The notes: generated by a model from the letters alone, not told the origin. A DNA stretch of 64,000 bases from Culturomica massiliensis (GCF_900091655.1 NZ_LT594621.1:2715858-2779857), one strand, 5' to 3'. Positions 10,900 to 22,791 are shown, counted from the stretch's first letter. Numbers and translations: made by a program.

Positions 10900-11220
10900 T
10901 TATAGATCCTGACAGGAAACAGCTGTTCCGCTGGCGGTCACCATCAGCATGCTTCCATTGATGGTTTCATAATCCAGATCTACACCGATCACGGCATTCG
11001 CCCCCAAACGGGCAGCCTGCTCTCCCATCTCCTTCAAAGCTATATCTTTTGCCTGTTGCAACACTTCTTCATAAGCCTTCGACCGTCCGCCGACAATATC
11101 CCGGATACTGGCAAACAGATCCCGGAATACATTCGCGCCGATAATGGTTTCACCGGTCACAATACCATAATAATTAATTATTCGTTTCCCTTCGATAACA
11201 GGTGTCGTAGTTAATAACAT
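10900..11220 (-). CDS. YbjQ/UPF0145 family heavy-metal-binding domain protein
   Basis: 106 aa, highly characteristic ([32 protein letters not shown]...[10 protein letters not shown]). Confidence 0.8.
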   Translation of the reverse strand: MLLTTTPVIEGKRIINYYGIVTGETIIGANVFRDLFASIRDIVGGRSKAYEEVLQQAKDIALKEMGEQAARLGANAVIGVDLDYETINGSMLMVTASGTAVSCQDL

Positions 11221-11774
11221 AATTTTAAATTAATTTGAAATACAAATAAGTACTCCCTCATAATTAGCCGAAATATTTAAACGTCGTGAGAAACTCCAAT
11301 TAAGCAGATTAAAAATTAAACGTAAAATTTAATAAGTCGATCGGCCTACCGTATTTTCTCATACAATCTCAAATTTATAAAAAATATCCTGAAATACAAT
11401 TTTTCTACAGATTCCCTGAAACATATATTACATCAATAAACTACTTTCAAAAACAAGCCGTGACTTCCTTCATTTTATCCGGAATACCAGGCAAAACACA
11501 AGTATCCCACAAAATATATATCCACACAAACCTTGGGCTGAAAGAAAAATCAACGGACTTCAAAATAACGCAAAAACCTTTTCATTACCTTCTGTTTTTA
11601 TATTTTTGCCCGTTTGAAAATATTTAATAATCAAACGTTTGCGAACGGTGTCTAATTTGTGTTAGTCTTTGTTCAATATGTGACAGAAAGACTAAAAAGG
11701 ATTATCTAAAATTGCAAACGTTATCGGACATTCTTGGTGATGTCATTGGATAAACGGCTAAATAATATCATATC

Positions 11775-14153
11775 ATGTTAAAAAAACTGATCATACCCAT
11801 TTTATGCGTATTACAACTGGCTGTAGCCGGACAAAATTACAAAATAGATACGCAAGGAATCTTGCGTGACCCGCAAGGAAAAGAAGCCGCCTTTTTCGGC
11901 TTCAACTATTGCATGCCTTTTGCCCACGGCTACCGGAGTCACGGTATATTGGATACAGACCGTAAAACAGCTATCGACCGGGATATATATCACATGACCC
12001 GACTGGGAATCAACGCTTTCCGGATACATGTATGGGATGTGGAAATCAGTGACGGAGAAGGTAATCTGCTGGAAAACGATCACCTCGACCTGCTGGATTA
12101 CACCATCGCCCGATTTGCTCAGTACGGAGTGCAAACATTAGTGACGGCTATCGCATTCTGGGGAAACGGATGGCCGGAAGAAGACGATAAAACCTTGCCC
12201 GGCTTTTCCAATCAAGTAACCAAGCAACAGGCTACCGTAGACGAAAAAAGTATCGCAGCCCAGGAACGTTACCTGAAAGCTCTGATGAACCATCAGAACC
12301 CTTATACAGGTTATTCCTATAAAAACGATCCGGCAATAGTAGCCGTAGAATTGAATAACGAACCGGATCATACAGCCAACGTACCGGATAAAACAGTAAC
12401 AGCCTATATCGACAGACTGGCAAAAGCCGTACGCACCGCCGGTTGCCGCAAACCCATCGTATACAATATCACACAAAATCCGGAACGGTCGAAAGCTGTA
12501 ACTACCGCCCGGATCGACGGTGTCTCCGGACAATGGTATCCTTCCGGACTGGTAGGCGGAAAAAAACGTCACGAAAACTTTCTGCCGACAGTCTCCCATT
12601 ACAACCTGCCTTATGACACTCGTGGAAAGGCCCGTTTCATCTACGAATTTGATGCCGCGGACATCGACGGCTCCTACATCTATCCGGCAATGGCACGTTC
12701 CTTCCGGGAAGCCGGTTTCCAATGGGCAACCCAATTCGCTTATGATCCGCTGGCAATGGCCGCTTACAACACGGATTACCAAACCCATTGGATAAACCTG
12801 GTATATACACCGGCAAAAGCGATCTCCCTGCGTATTGCCGCAGAAGTCTTCCGCAGCTTACCCCGGGGAAAAAATTTCGGCGATTACCCGGAAAACAACC
12901 GCTTTGCCGACTTCAACGTCAGCTATATCGACGACCTTTCTGTATTGAACCGCGACACTCTGTTTTGTTATTCAAATACAACCGAAGACCTCCCGGTTGC
13001 TCCCGAACGATTACGCCATATCGCCGGTCACGGCAGTTCACCCATCGTAAAATATAACGGCAGCGGAGCCTATTTTTTAGATAAACAAACAGACGGCAAC
13101 TGGCGAATCGAAATTTACCCGGACATCACCGAAACAACCGATCCCTATAGCCGGCACAACTCTCTGAACCGCAAAATTGCATTAGCTCAATCGAATACCC
13201 GCCAAATGCAGATTTGCCTGCCGGATATACACACACAATTCGACATACGTCCGGGTATCTATTTATTACAAAAGGAGGGCAAACTGCAAAACATCACAAA
13301 CGATACGCCATACCCGGTAATCGAGGATGATGTAAAAGAAACAGCCGTATTTCATACTCCGGCGGCCGAATGGAACGCAAGCACCCCGGCAACCGTCACG
13401 GCCGATATTGTTTCCCCTGCAAAAATAGACAGTGTCGTACTCTACGGCACAATGTGGTACGGCGAATCATTTAAAACCGTCATGCAACAACAATCCGGTT
13501 TTACCTATACGGCCGAACTTCCGTCATCCTTCCTTCGTCATGGTATTTTCCGCTATCGCATCGGCGTATACACCGGCAAAGGAAACCGGATTTTTCCGGG
13601 CAATTGCGACGTAAAACCGGGAGCCTGGAACGACTATTGTAAAAACGATTATCACAGCAATATTATAACTTCCAGCACGCCAGCCATACTGCTGGATGCA
13701 CAAAACAAACCGGAATCCGTGGAATTGGTATGGCAACCCGGAATCCGGTTCACCTACCTGCCGGAAGGTATCGGCATGAAAACAGAAACAACCGATTACC
13801 GGGGCGAAGCAGCCTTAGTTACAGACGCCCTCTTTGCTCCCCGTCCGTTGAATCAAATGACAATAGAAGCAATCATCACAGAAAAACCGGCAGAAGCACG
13901 TTTAGAACTACTCGACCGGGACGGTTTCCTCTGGTGTGCAGAGACACCCCTGCAAAACGGAAAAACAACAATTGCATTATCTGACTTCAAAGCGACAGAA
14001 ATTCGTCCGGTAAGGGAACTCTATCCCGGTATTTCTTTCCGGGGAGGCATCCGGTCCGACAGGCCGGACATTCGGGCAGAAGAAATCACTTCCGTGCGAT
14101 TTGTTTTGAAAAAAGGGGATGTCGTCATTCAAAAAATCTCGTTGGGAAAATAA
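11775..14153 (+). CDS. Secreted glycoside hydrolase, clan GH-A TIM barrel (GH5/GH147-like), with C-terminal beta-sandwich domains. It may be a beta-galactosidase or galactanase of the galactan PUL.
   Basis: 792 aa with a signal peptide. A GH-A acid/base NEP motif (VAVELNNEPDHT) and a candidate nucleophile (FIYEFD) are present. It is the first gene of a Sus-type locus. Confidence 0.55.
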   Translation: MLKKLIIPILCVLQLAVAGQNYKIDTQGILRDPQGKEAAFFGFNYCMPFAHGYRSHGILDTDRKTAIDRDIYHMTRLGINAFRIHVWDVEISDGEGNLLENDHLDLLDYTIARFAQYGVQTLVTAIAFWGNGWPEEDDKTLPGFSNQVTKQQATVDEKSIAAQERYLKALMNHQNPYTGYSYKNDPAIVAVELNNEPDHTANVPDKTVTAYIDRLAKAVRTAGCRKPIVYNITQNPERSKAVTTARIDGVSGQWYPSGLVGGKKRHENFLPTVSHYNLPYDTRGKARFIYEFDAADIDGSYIYPAMARSFREAGFQWATQFAYDPLAMAAYNTDYQTHWINLVYTPAKAISLRIAAEVFRSLPRGKNFGDYPENNRFADFNVSYIDDLSVLNRDTLFCYSNTTEDLPVAPERLRHIAGHGSSPIVKYNGSGAYFLDKQTDGNWRIEIYPDITETTDPYSRHNSLNRKIALAQSNTRQMQICLPDIHTQFDIRPGIYLLQKEGKLQNITNDTPYPVIEDDVKETAVFHTPAAEWNASTPATVTADIVSPAKIDSVVLYGTMWYGESFKTVMQQQSGFTYTAELPSSFLRHGIFRYRIGVYTGKGNRIFPGNCDVKPGAWNDYCKNDYHSNIITSSTPAILLDAQNKPESVELVWQPGIRFTYLPEGIGMKTETTDYRGEAALVTDALFAPRPLNQMTIEAIITEKPAEARLELLDRDGFLWCAETPLQNGKTTIALSDFKATEIRPVRELYPGISFRGGIRSDRPDIRAEEITSVRFVLKKGDVVIQKISLGK

Positions 14154-14229
14154 AAATACAGTCCCTGTGTGCAAAACGACAAAGGAAATCTAAATAAAAA
14201 CAAAAGGATATCAACTTAAAATCCGAAAT

Positions 14230-16509
14230 ATGAAATTATTCGCACTCATCGCATTTTGTGTATGTCTGGGAGCTTGCAGCCCGGGAGAAAGAATGGAAAC
14301 ACCGAATGCCGTTCCATTTAACGACAATTGGTTATTCACCCGTTCGGCAGTAACCCCGGAATCACTCCCGCCCGATAGTATGAAGAGTGTCACCTTACCG
14401 CACACTCCCCGCATCGAACCGATGACCGTAAACGATCAATGGCAAGGTATCTGCTACTATGCCAAAAAATTCGAGACACCGGAAAAAGTAAAAGAAAAAT
14501 TGCTCTCACTTCGTTTCGAGGCCGCCATGAACATTGCCGATATATGGCTCAACGGCAAACACCTGGGAACACATACCGGCGGCTACCTTCCCTTCACGGT
14601 GTCCCTCGATAACGCTTTGAACAAATCCGGAGAAAACTTACTCGTCGTACGCCTTGACAACCGCGATAATGCCGTAACAGGCCCCAAACCGTTACATCTG
14701 CTCGACTTTTGCACTTATGGCGGAATCTATCGCAACGTATGGCTGATCGTTAAAGATTCGTTGCATATCACCGATCCCATAGCTCGGCAGGAAGGCGGCA
14801 TTTTTGTACATGCATCGAACATCTCTTCACGAAAAGCCGGTATAAACATCCGGGTCAATGTGGACAATTGCGCTACCGAAAAAGCAAATGCCGTCATCGA
14901 TTATGAAATCCGCAATGCTACAGGTAAAACAATTCTCCGCGAACAAAACCGGACAATAATAGCTCCCGGAACAGATACGACACTTACGACACATTGCTCA
15001 ATAGAAAATCCGGAACTATGGAGCCCTGAAAGCCCGAACCTTTATACCCTGATTACCTCTGTCAGTAACAACGGCCGGACAACCGACCGGGAAGAAGTAC
15101 GTTTCGGTATCCGTGATTTGAAAATTACGCCGGAAGGCTTGTGGCTGAACGGCAAAAAAAGATTCTTGCGGGGTGTCAACCGTCACCAGGAATACCCTTA
15201 TATAGGCTACGCCCTTTCAGACGAAGCACAGCGCCGGGATGCACAGAAAATCAAAGATGCCGGATTCGATTACGTACGCTCAAGCCATTATCCACAGTCT
15301 CCCGCCTTTCTGGACGCCTGTGACGAACTGGGCATTATGGTACTCGACGCCATCCTCGGATGGCAATACTTCGGCGACTCTCTTTTCACCGCACATGCTT
15401 TGCAATCTTCCCGGGAATTAATCCGCCGCGACCGTAACCACCCTTGCATACTGGGCTGGGAACTCTCCATTAATGAAACTCAGATGCCGCAAAACTTCAC
15501 CGAAGCAGCCAACCGTATCGCCAGAGAAGAATTCCCACATGACGATTGCTACACAGCCGGATGGATGAAAAAGGCTTACGACATTTACATCGAAGCCAGA
15601 CAACACCGCCACAGTGCCCATCTGTCACAACCGCTTATCGTTTCCGAATACGGTGACTGGGAATATTACGCACAAAATGCAGGATTTCATCAGAATACCT
15701 GGAACGATCTGCTGGAAGAGGAACGCAACTCCCGCCAACCCCGGCAATCCGGAGAAAAAAGACTATTGCAACAAGCCCTCAATATACAGGAAGCACACAA
15801 CGACAACCTGACAACCCACGCCTTTGCCGACGGCTACTGGGCCATGTTCGATTACAACCGCGGGTATGCCGACGACCTGGAATATTCCGGTATCATGGAT
15901 ATTACCCGCCTGCCTAAATTTTCCTACTACTTTTTCCGTAGCCAGCGTGATACACCCGAAATGGTATTTATCGCCTCCTACTGGCAACCCGGTATAAGCC
16001 GACAGGTAAAGGTATTCAGCAATTGCGAAGAAGTAGAACTCTATGCCGACGGCAAACTGACGGAACGTCGTCGTCCGGACAACGACAATTTTTCGACCCG
16101 GCTGTCCCATCCTCCTTTCACCTTCAACATTGCCTGCCAGAAACCGGGCACAGTGAAAGCCATAGGTTACAAAAACGGACAAGCCGTTGCCGAATACAGC
16201 GTAACGACACCTGCAAAAGCTGCTAAATTAACATTAAAAGTCGATGAAAGCGGTATAGCTCCGGCACGCAACGATGTCCTGTTCATCTATGCCACCGTAT
16301 GTGATGCCGATGGGAATCCCGTACACCATTCCGCAGACAAAATTACTTTTCACATAAAAGGAGCACAACTTTGCAGCCCGACGAATATCCGGGCGGAAGC
16401 CGGAATTGCTACCGCACTGATACGCACGGCTGATGCACCGGCATCGATCAGTATCAGTGCAGAAGCCCCGGGATTAGAACCGGCTCAAACGACAATTTCA
16501 ATCCAATAA
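14230..16509 (+). CDS. Glycoside hydrolase family 2 (beta-galactosidase-like)
   Basis: 759 aa. It has a lipoprotein signal (LGACSP), a GH2 sugar-binding N-domain (IWLNGKHLGTHTGGYLPF) and a catalytic TIM barrel (NHPCILGWELSINE, with acid/base Glu). Confidence 0.8.
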   Translation: MKLFALIAFCVCLGACSPGERMETPNAVPFNDNWLFTRSAVTPESLPPDSMKSVTLPHTPRIEPMTVNDQWQGICYYAKKFETPEKVKEKLLSLRFEAAMNIADIWLNGKHLGTHTGGYLPFTVSLDNALNKSGENLLVVRLDNRDNAVTGPKPLHLLDFCTYGGIYRNVWLIVKDSLHITDPIARQEGGIFVHASNISSRKAGINIRVNVDNCATEKANAVIDYEIRNATGKTILREQNRTIIAPGTDTTLTTHCSIENPELWSPESPNLYTLITSVSNNGRTTDREEVRFGIRDLKITPEGLWLNGKKRFLRGVNRHQEYPYIGYALSDEAQRRDAQKIKDAGFDYVRSSHYPQSPAFLDACDELGIMVLDAILGWQYFGDSLFTAHALQSSRELIRRDRNHPCILGWELSINETQMPQNFTEAANRIAREEFPHDDCYTAGWMKKAYDIYIEARQHRHSAHLSQPLIVSEYGDWEYYAQNAGFHQNTWNDLLEEERNSRQPRQSGEKRLLQQALNIQEAHNDNLTTHAFADGYWAMFDYNRGYADDLEYSGIMDITRLPKFSYYFFRSQRDTPEMVFIASYWQPGISRQVKVFSNCEEVELYADGKLTERRRPDNDNFSTRLSHPPFTFNIACQKPGTVKAIGYKNGQAVAEYSVTTPAKAAKLTLKVDESGIAPARNDVLFIYATVCDADGNPVHHSADKITFHIKGAQLCSPTNIRAEAGIATALIRTADAPASISISAEAPGLEPAQTTISIQ

Positions 16510-16538
16510 TCTAAATACACAACCTAATACACAAAAAC

Positions 16539-19499
16539 ATGCATAGCAAAACTTTATCACTACGTACAGCGGCAATATGCCTGATACTGTGTCTGTATAA
16601 TCTTTGCAGCACATATCCTGTCTTTGCCCAACAGGCAAGCAGGACTGTCACAGGTAAGGTACTTGACGAAAACAAGCAACCGATGCCTGGAGTAGCCATC
16701 CTTATCGTAGGAACCACCTCAGGGGGTACTACGGATTTCGACGGGAATTTTACCCTCAGCGTTCCTGCCGGAAACAACGAGCTGCAATTCTCTTTCATCG
16801 GATATGAAACGGTAAAAATGCCCATTCCGGCAAACAACAACATCCGGTTGCAAATGAAACCGCAAACGATGACACTCGACGACGTAGTAGTCATCGGATA
16901 CGGAACCTCCCGGAAAGGCGACCTGACAGGAGCGGTAGCCAACGTCAGCAGCAAAGACTTCAACGAAGGAATGATCAGTTCCCCGGAGCAACTCATCAAC
17001 GGCAAAATCGCAGGAGTACAGATCATGTCCAACAGCGGTTCTCCGACTGCCGGAAGCACCATTCGTATCCGGGGCGGAGCTTCCTTAAACGCAAGCAACG
17101 ATCCGTTGATCGTCCTTGACGGAGTACCCCTGGAAATCGGCGGTATCAGCGGTAACAACAGTAACTTTTTGAGCCTTATCAACCCCAATGACATCGAAAG
17201 CATGACCGTATTGAAAGATGCTTCTTCAACAGCGATCTATGGCTCCCGGGCCTCTAACGGTGTTATCATCATTACGACCAAAAAAGGAGCCGACAGCAAA
17301 CTGAAAATCAGTTTCAATACAACCAATTCGTTACAAGTACGCACCCAAACAGCCGATATGCTCTCCCGTGGGGAATTCATCAATATCGTCAATTCGAACG
17401 GGAGCGATGCCCAAAAAGCCCTGCTCGGTACGGCAAACACCGATTGGAACGACGAAATTTACAACGTCGCCTTCGGGACCGATAATAATTTGAGCTTTTC
17501 GGGTAAATTGAAAAACATACCTTACCGTGTTTCTTTGGGATATTACAACCAGGACGGAATCTTACGTACGGACAACGCAGAACGCATCACCGGAAACATT
17601 TCTGTCTCCCCGGGCTTTTTCAACAACTATTTAAAATTCAACGTCAACATAAAAGGTTCCCTCAATAAAAACCGTTTTGCAAACGACGGAGCAATATGGG
17701 CCGCGTCAACTTATAACCCGACCCTCCCCGTACATTCCGGTAACGATGCTTTCGGCGGATATACCGAAGCGATCGACAACACCGGAACCCCGGTAACCCG
17801 AGGTGTACGCAACCCGCTGGGGCTGCTCAGACAATACAAATCAACCAGTGACATAAAACGGGTCATCGGAAATGCCGATGTCGATTACAAACTCCATTTT
17901 CTGCCGGAACTGAAATTCCACGCTACCGTCGGCTATGACTACGCCGAAGGCAAAGGAAAAATCTATGTTCCGGAAGAGGCTGCCGAATATGCCACCACCG
18001 GAGGACGGGATTTCACCTACGGTCCGCAAATAAACACCAACCGCCTGTTGACCACTTACCTGAACTACAACAAAACATTCGGTGAATTCACTGTCGATGC
18101 GACCGCCGGATACGACTACCAGGCATGGAAAAGCTCCAGCGAAAAATATTCGGAATTAAATGTCGCCGGAATCGAACAAAAAAGCATTGCAGCCAGCGAT
18201 CAACGACACGTACTATTATCCTATTACGGCCGTCTGAACCTGACTTACGACACCCGTTACATGTTGACGGCAACCATACGCCGCGACGGGACCTCCCGTT
18301 TCAACAAAGACAACCGCTGGGGAACCTTCCCATCCCTCGCCCTGGCATGGCGTATCTCCGAAGAATCTTTTCTCGAAAACTGGGAAACATTGAGTAACCT
18401 GAAACTACGGGGTAGCTATGGTGTCACCGGACAACAGGACGGCATCGGCAACTACAACTACCTCCCCGTATATACCGGTAGTCAGAGCGGGGCCGAATAC
18501 CAGTTCGGAAATGCATTCTATCCTACCTATCGTCCGGAAGCCTATGCATCAGACCTGAAATGGGAAACGACAACCGCCTGGAATGCCGGCATCGATTTCG
18601 GTTTCTTCAACAACCGTCTTTCCGGAAGTGTGGATTTTTACACCCGGAAAACAAAAGATTTGCTGGCGACGGTCCCTTCTCCCGCAGGAACCAATTTCGA
18701 TAAAACAATCCTGACAAACGTCGGGAATGTCGACAGTCACGGACTCGAATTCGGACTGAATGTAACCCCTATCGATACCAAAAACATAACCTGGGATATG
18801 TCTTTCAATGCAACCTGGCAAAGAATGAAAATCCAAAACCTGTCGCTCGTAAAAGGCACAGCCATCACGAATACTTCCGTGGGACCGACCATCGACAGTT
18901 ATTATTTTCAGGTATTGAGCGAAGGCTACGAACCCTATATGTTTTACCTATACCATCAATTATACGACGAAAAAGGCAAACCGATTGAAGGTGCGTATGC
19001 CGACCTCAACGATGACGGCGAAATCAATTCCGACGACCTGTATCGTTACAAATCACCGTCGCCTGATTGGATTCTCGGTTTCAGCACCTCCTTGCGATAT
19101 AAAAAATGGAACCTCGGAATGAGCTTCCGGGCCAATATCGGTAACTACGTTTACAACGGAATGGCAATGAACACCGGAGCATGGAACACCATGTCCTATA
19201 ACGACTACCAGCTAAACAACCTGTCGTCCAGCTATCTGAAAACCGGATTCCGGGAACGTCAATTCCTCTCGGACTATTACGTAGAAAACGCTTCATTCCT
19301 GAAAATGGACAACATCACGTTGACCTACAACTTCGGTAAAATATGGAATTGCTTCAACCTGAATGCATCCGCAATGGTACAAAATGTATTTACCGTCACG
19401 AATTACTCGGGTGTAGACCCAGAAGTTCCCAATGGGATGGACTCCTCATTCTATCCCCGTCCCCGCATATTCTCACTTGGCCTCGGTCTGGATTTCTAA
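16539..19499 (+). CDS. SusC/RagA family TonB-linked outer membrane protein
   Basis: 986 aa. It has a signal peptide, a carboxypeptidase-regulatory-like N-domain and a TonB plug (DVVVIGYGT, NPLIVLDGVP). The C-terminus is the typical SusC one (RPRIFSLGLGLDF). Confidence 0.9.
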   Translation: MHSKTLSLRTAAICLILCLYNLCSTYPVFAQQASRTVTGKVLDENKQPMPGVAILIVGTTSGGTTDFDGNFTLSVPAGNNELQFSFIGYETVKMPIPANNNIRLQMKPQTMTLDDVVVIGYGTSRKGDLTGAVANVSSKDFNEGMISSPEQLINGKIAGVQIMSNSGSPTAGSTIRIRGGASLNASNDPLIVLDGVPLEIGGISGNNSNFLSLINPNDIESMTVLKDASSTAIYGSRASNGVIIITTKKGADSKLKISFNTTNSLQVRTQTADMLSRGEFINIVNSNGSDAQKALLGTANTDWNDEIYNVAFGTDNNLSFSGKLKNIPYRVSLGYYNQDGILRTDNAERITGNISVSPGFFNNYLKFNVNIKGSLNKNRFANDGAIWAASTYNPTLPVHSGNDAFGGYTEAIDNTGTPVTRGVRNPLGLLRQYKSTSDIKRVIGNADVDYKLHFLPELKFHATVGYDYAEGKGKIYVPEEAAEYATTGGRDFTYGPQINTNRLLTTYLNYNKTFGEFTVDATAGYDYQAWKSSSEKYSELNVAGIEQKSIAASDQRHVLLSYYGRLNLTYDTRYMLTATIRRDGTSRFNKDNRWGTFPSLALAWRISEESFLENWETLSNLKLRGSYGVTGQQDGIGNYNYLPVYTGSQSGAEYQFGNAFYPTYRPEAYASDLKWETTTAWNAGIDFGFFNNRLSGSVDFYTRKTKDLLATVPSPAGTNFDKTILTNVGNVDSHGLEFGLNVTPIDTKNITWDMSFNATWQRMKIQNLSLVKGTAITNTSVGPTIDSYYFQVLSEGYEPYMFYLYHQLYDEKGKPIEGAYADLNDDGEINSDDLYRYKSPSPDWILGFSTSLRYKKWNLGMSFRANIGNYVYNGMAMNTGAWNTMSYNDYQLNNLSSSYLKTGFRERQFLSDYYVENASFLKMDNITLTYNFGKIWNCFNLNASAMVQNVFTVTNYSGVDPEVPNGMDSSFYPRPRIFSLGLGLDF

Positions 19500-19517
19500 C
19501 TTTAAAATATCGAAGTA

Positions 19518-21092
19518 ATGAAAAAAATATTCTACATATTTATCATAACAGGAATATCCCTCCTGTCAACTTCCTGTGTCGGCGACCTCGACCAACTCCC
19601 ACACAAGGAAACCACTTCCGGCAACATCTACACCACTGCCGCAAACTACAAATCGGTACTTGCAAAATTGTATGCATCCTATGTCATTGCCGGCCAGGAA
19701 CAAGGCGGCGGTAACCCGGATCTGTCGAGCAATAGCGGGTACGACTACATGCGTTGCTACTTCAACATGCAGGAATGCGGCACGGAAGAAATCGCATCCA
19801 CCTGGCTCGAAGGGGATAACGTAAAAGGACTGACTTATCTGTCCTGGGACGTAAACGACCCCTGGGTATCCGACACCTACTACCGCATTTATTACACCAT
19901 CGCCCTCTGTAACGAATTTCTGCGGAATGCCGGCGACAGCCAGATTGCCGGATTCAGCGAAAGCGAACAGGCAGACATCCGTCATTACCGTGCAGAAGCC
20001 CGTTTTCTGCGGGCACTGTCATACTACCATGCCATGGATTTATACCGCAACATCCCTTTCGTAACAGAAGCGAACCCGGTAGGCTCTTACATTCCTCCCC
20101 GGTATACCTCTGCACAGATATTCGATTTCATCGAAACCGAATTGACAACCATCGAAAACGAACTGCTTCCGGTAAACGAATGCGAATACGCCCGGGCTTC
20201 TCAGGCGGCTGCCCAGGCCCTGCTGGCACGTCTCTACCTGAATGCCGAAGTATACAGCTGAACGGCCCGTTACACCGATTGCATTACCTACTGCCGGCGT
20301 GTCATGCAAAACGGATATCACCTCGAACCGGAATATGCCAAACTGTTTAATGCCGACAACAACCTGCGTACCCATGAAATCATTTTTTCATTCGCAGTAG
20401 ACGCCAACCGTACCACCTCCTGGGGAGCTACAACCTACATTATCTGCGGAGCCGTAAGCAGCACCTCCGAATTCCAGAATCCCGCCGACTACGGTGTCAC
20501 AAGTGGCTGGGGTTCATTCCGGGTTCGCCAGGAACTCCCCCTCTTATTCCCCGAAGGTGACAAGCGCGGTATGTTCTTCACCGAAGGCCAATCCATGAGT
20601 GTCGACATCATCGACGACCAAAGCAAAGGATATTTTGCAGAAAAATGGACCAACCTGACTGATGCCGGAGAAGCGGCTTCCAACACGGGAGCATTGGGGG
20701 TATCTACTGACTTCCCCGTGTTCCGCCTGGCTGATGTTTACCTGATGTTTGCAGAAGCCGTACTACGCGGCGGAGCCGGCGGTTCTGCCGGTGAAGCGGT
20801 CGGATATATTAACTTATTACGGGAGCGGGCCTATGGAAACACATCCGGAAATATCGGAACCGGCGATCTTACCCTCAACTTCATACTCGACGAACGGGCA
20901 CGCGAACTCTATTGGGAATGTGTACGCCGCACCGACCTGATCCGTTACGGACGTTTCACGGATAACTCATACCTATGGCAATGGAAAGGCGGAGTAAAAG
21001 ACGGTAAAGGAGTAAACGACAAATACAACACCTATCCGATTCCGGCCAGTGAACTATCCGCTAACCCGAATCTTTATAACGAAAAATATTAA
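19518..21092 (+). pseudogene. SusD/RagB family lipoprotein interrupted by a single in-frame TGA. It is either a nonsense mutation or a sequencing error.
   Basis: ORFs 19518..20261 and 20304..21092 are in the same frame. Reading through the TGA gives ...LNAEVYS*TARYTDCITYCRRVMQNGYHLEP..., which stays SusD-like on both sides. The combined length of 524 aa is normal for SusD. The lipoprotein signal is LLSTSC. Confidence 0.8.
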
Positions 21093-21111
21093 TCGATTAA
21101 TCTGAACAGAT

Positions 21112-22791
21112 ATGAAAACGATAAAAGGACTGATAGCCCTGCTCGCTATATGCTGCACTGCCGTTTCCTGTGAAAAAGACGGTGACAAGATCATCTTGTC
21201 GGGACTGGAACCTTCTAAACTGATCGCTACGGCGACCGATGTCAGGCTAACACAGGAAAACGCCGAAGCAATTGCCCTCTCTTTTGCCTGGAATAACAGT
21301 GAACTGTACACCAACACCCCGGGCATGAATGTACCCTCTTCCTTCCCGCATATAAGTTTACAGTCTGCGGCTGACGCAGCATTTACGACGCCGACAGAAA
21401 CAGTCGCAGACAAAGAATCTCACAGTTTTACGGGAATAGAACTCAATACCCTGGCTAAAAATGCCGGTTTGGAAGCTGATGAATCATCCCCGCTCTACTT
21501 TCGTCTCAAAGTAACTCTGGGGACCAACACAGATCCCGTATACAGCAATATTGTCAGCGTAAACATCACTCCTTATAAAATCGATATGTCGCTGATCAAA
21601 ATGCTGGACGCCAAAAAAGAAAAAGTGCTGGGCACACTCTACTCACCCGAATCCGACGGAGAATATGCCGGATTTGTAAGTGCCACCTCCTGGCTGAACT
21701 TTTTTCTGCAGGAAGGTGACGGTACCCTTTGGGGTAATGTAGGCGTTGATGGGATGGCTTTCAAACTGACAAACGACGAATCCATGTGGAACTGCTGGTA
21801 TCCCGGCCAAAGCGGCTGTTTCTACACGACAGTCAGCACATCCGGTAAAGAATGGACAGCCACCCATATTCCGGTCCTCGACATTTCCGGCGCTGTCGAT
21901 GCTGAAATGAGCTATGTCACCTCCAAAAATCAATGGAAGGCAACCGTTACGACAACAACCGACAATTCTGTCATACAGATTTCAGGTACCGGAAAAAAAT
22001 ACAATGTTTCCACCCAAACGGACGACGCAGCCACCATCGACACCCCTATCGCCTTTACCGTAAACGGCAATCAGGTTGCCCTGACCGCAACGGCAGGCGA
22101 CATCACCATCCCGACCGCCGGTACATGGACATTGACCCTTGATTTCAGCGATCCTAAAACAGGAACATATACTCTGACAGCAGGAGAAGGCGACGACCCC
22201 GAAGAGGAAATATTCCCGTTCCTCTATCTGGCAGGAATCGACGACGGAACGACAGGCCCGGATTGGAACTTCAATGTTAAAATTGCACGCGGCAACGACG
22301 GCATATACAGCGGAATAGTATATGTCAACTCCCTCTGGGGATTCAAAATGTACACCACAGCCGACGACTGGAATAACTATTACACCATGGGCGAAACAGA
22401 AGGTACGTTGATAAAAAACGGCGAAGGTAATATCACTGCCCCCGAAGAAGGAGTTTACCTGATCACAGTCGACCTGGCAAATCTGACCTATACCATGAAA
22501 AAACTGGAAAACCGGATTTACATCTCCGGCTTGAACGATGTATGGGATTTCACCGTAACTTTGGACAAAACCGCTGACGGCGTATATTCAGGTACAATCG
22601 AAGTAACCACCGTATCTCCATGGGGATTCAAAATTTATATCGAACCCGAAAACTGGAATGATTACTTCGGCGGAGGCGAAGGCCTGTTATATTACAAAGG
22701 CGAAGGTATCACCGACGACGCTGCCGGAGTCGGGATTTATACATTGACCGTAAATTTAATCAACGCCACCTACGAAATGATAAAACAATAA
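21112..22791 (+). CDS. SusE/SusF-like surface glycan-binding lipoprotein with tandem C-terminal carbohydrate-binding domains
   Basis: 559 aa with a lipoprotein signal (AICCTAVSC) and the SusE-like position downstream of SusD. Two homologous C-terminal modules are visible (GIYSGIVYVNSLWGFKMYTTADDWNNYY... and GVYSGTIEVTTVSPWGFKIYIEPENWNDYF...). Confidence 0.65.
   Translation: MKTIKGLIALLAICCTAVSCEKDGDKIILSGLEPSKLIATATDVRLTQENAEAIALSFAWNNSELYTNTPGMNVPSSFPHISLQSAADAAFTTPTETVADKESHSFTGIELNTLAKNAGLEADESSPLYFRLKVTLGTNTDPVYSNIVSVNITPYKIDMSLIKMLDAKKEKVLGTLYSPESDGEYAGFVSATSWLNFFLQEGDGTLWGNVGVDGMAFKLTNDESMWNCWYPGQSGCFYTTVSTSGKEWTATHIPVLDISGAVDAEMSYVTSKNQWKATVTTTTDNSVIQISGTGKKYNVSTQTDDAATIDTPIAFTVNGNQVALTATAGDITIPTAGTWTLTLDFSDPKTGTYTLTAGEGDDPEEEIFPFLYLAGIDDGTTGPDWNFNVKIARGNDGIYSGIVYVNSLWGFKMYTTADDWNNYYTMGETEGTLIKNGEGNITAPEEGVYLITVDLANLTYTMKKLENRIYISGLNDVWDFTVTLDKTADGVYSGTIEVTTVSPWGFKIYIEPENWNDYFGGGEGLLYYKGEGITDDAAGVGIYTLTVNLINATYEMIKQ

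Noticed and set aside
12138-12788. 216-aa minus-strand ORF
   Set aside because: It is antisense to the GH-A hydrolase gene. Its Cys/Gly/Arg-rich composition is typical of shadow ORFs in GC-richer coding DNA.
16511-17203. 230-aa minus-strand ORF
   Set aside because: It is a shadow ORF opposite the SusC gene.
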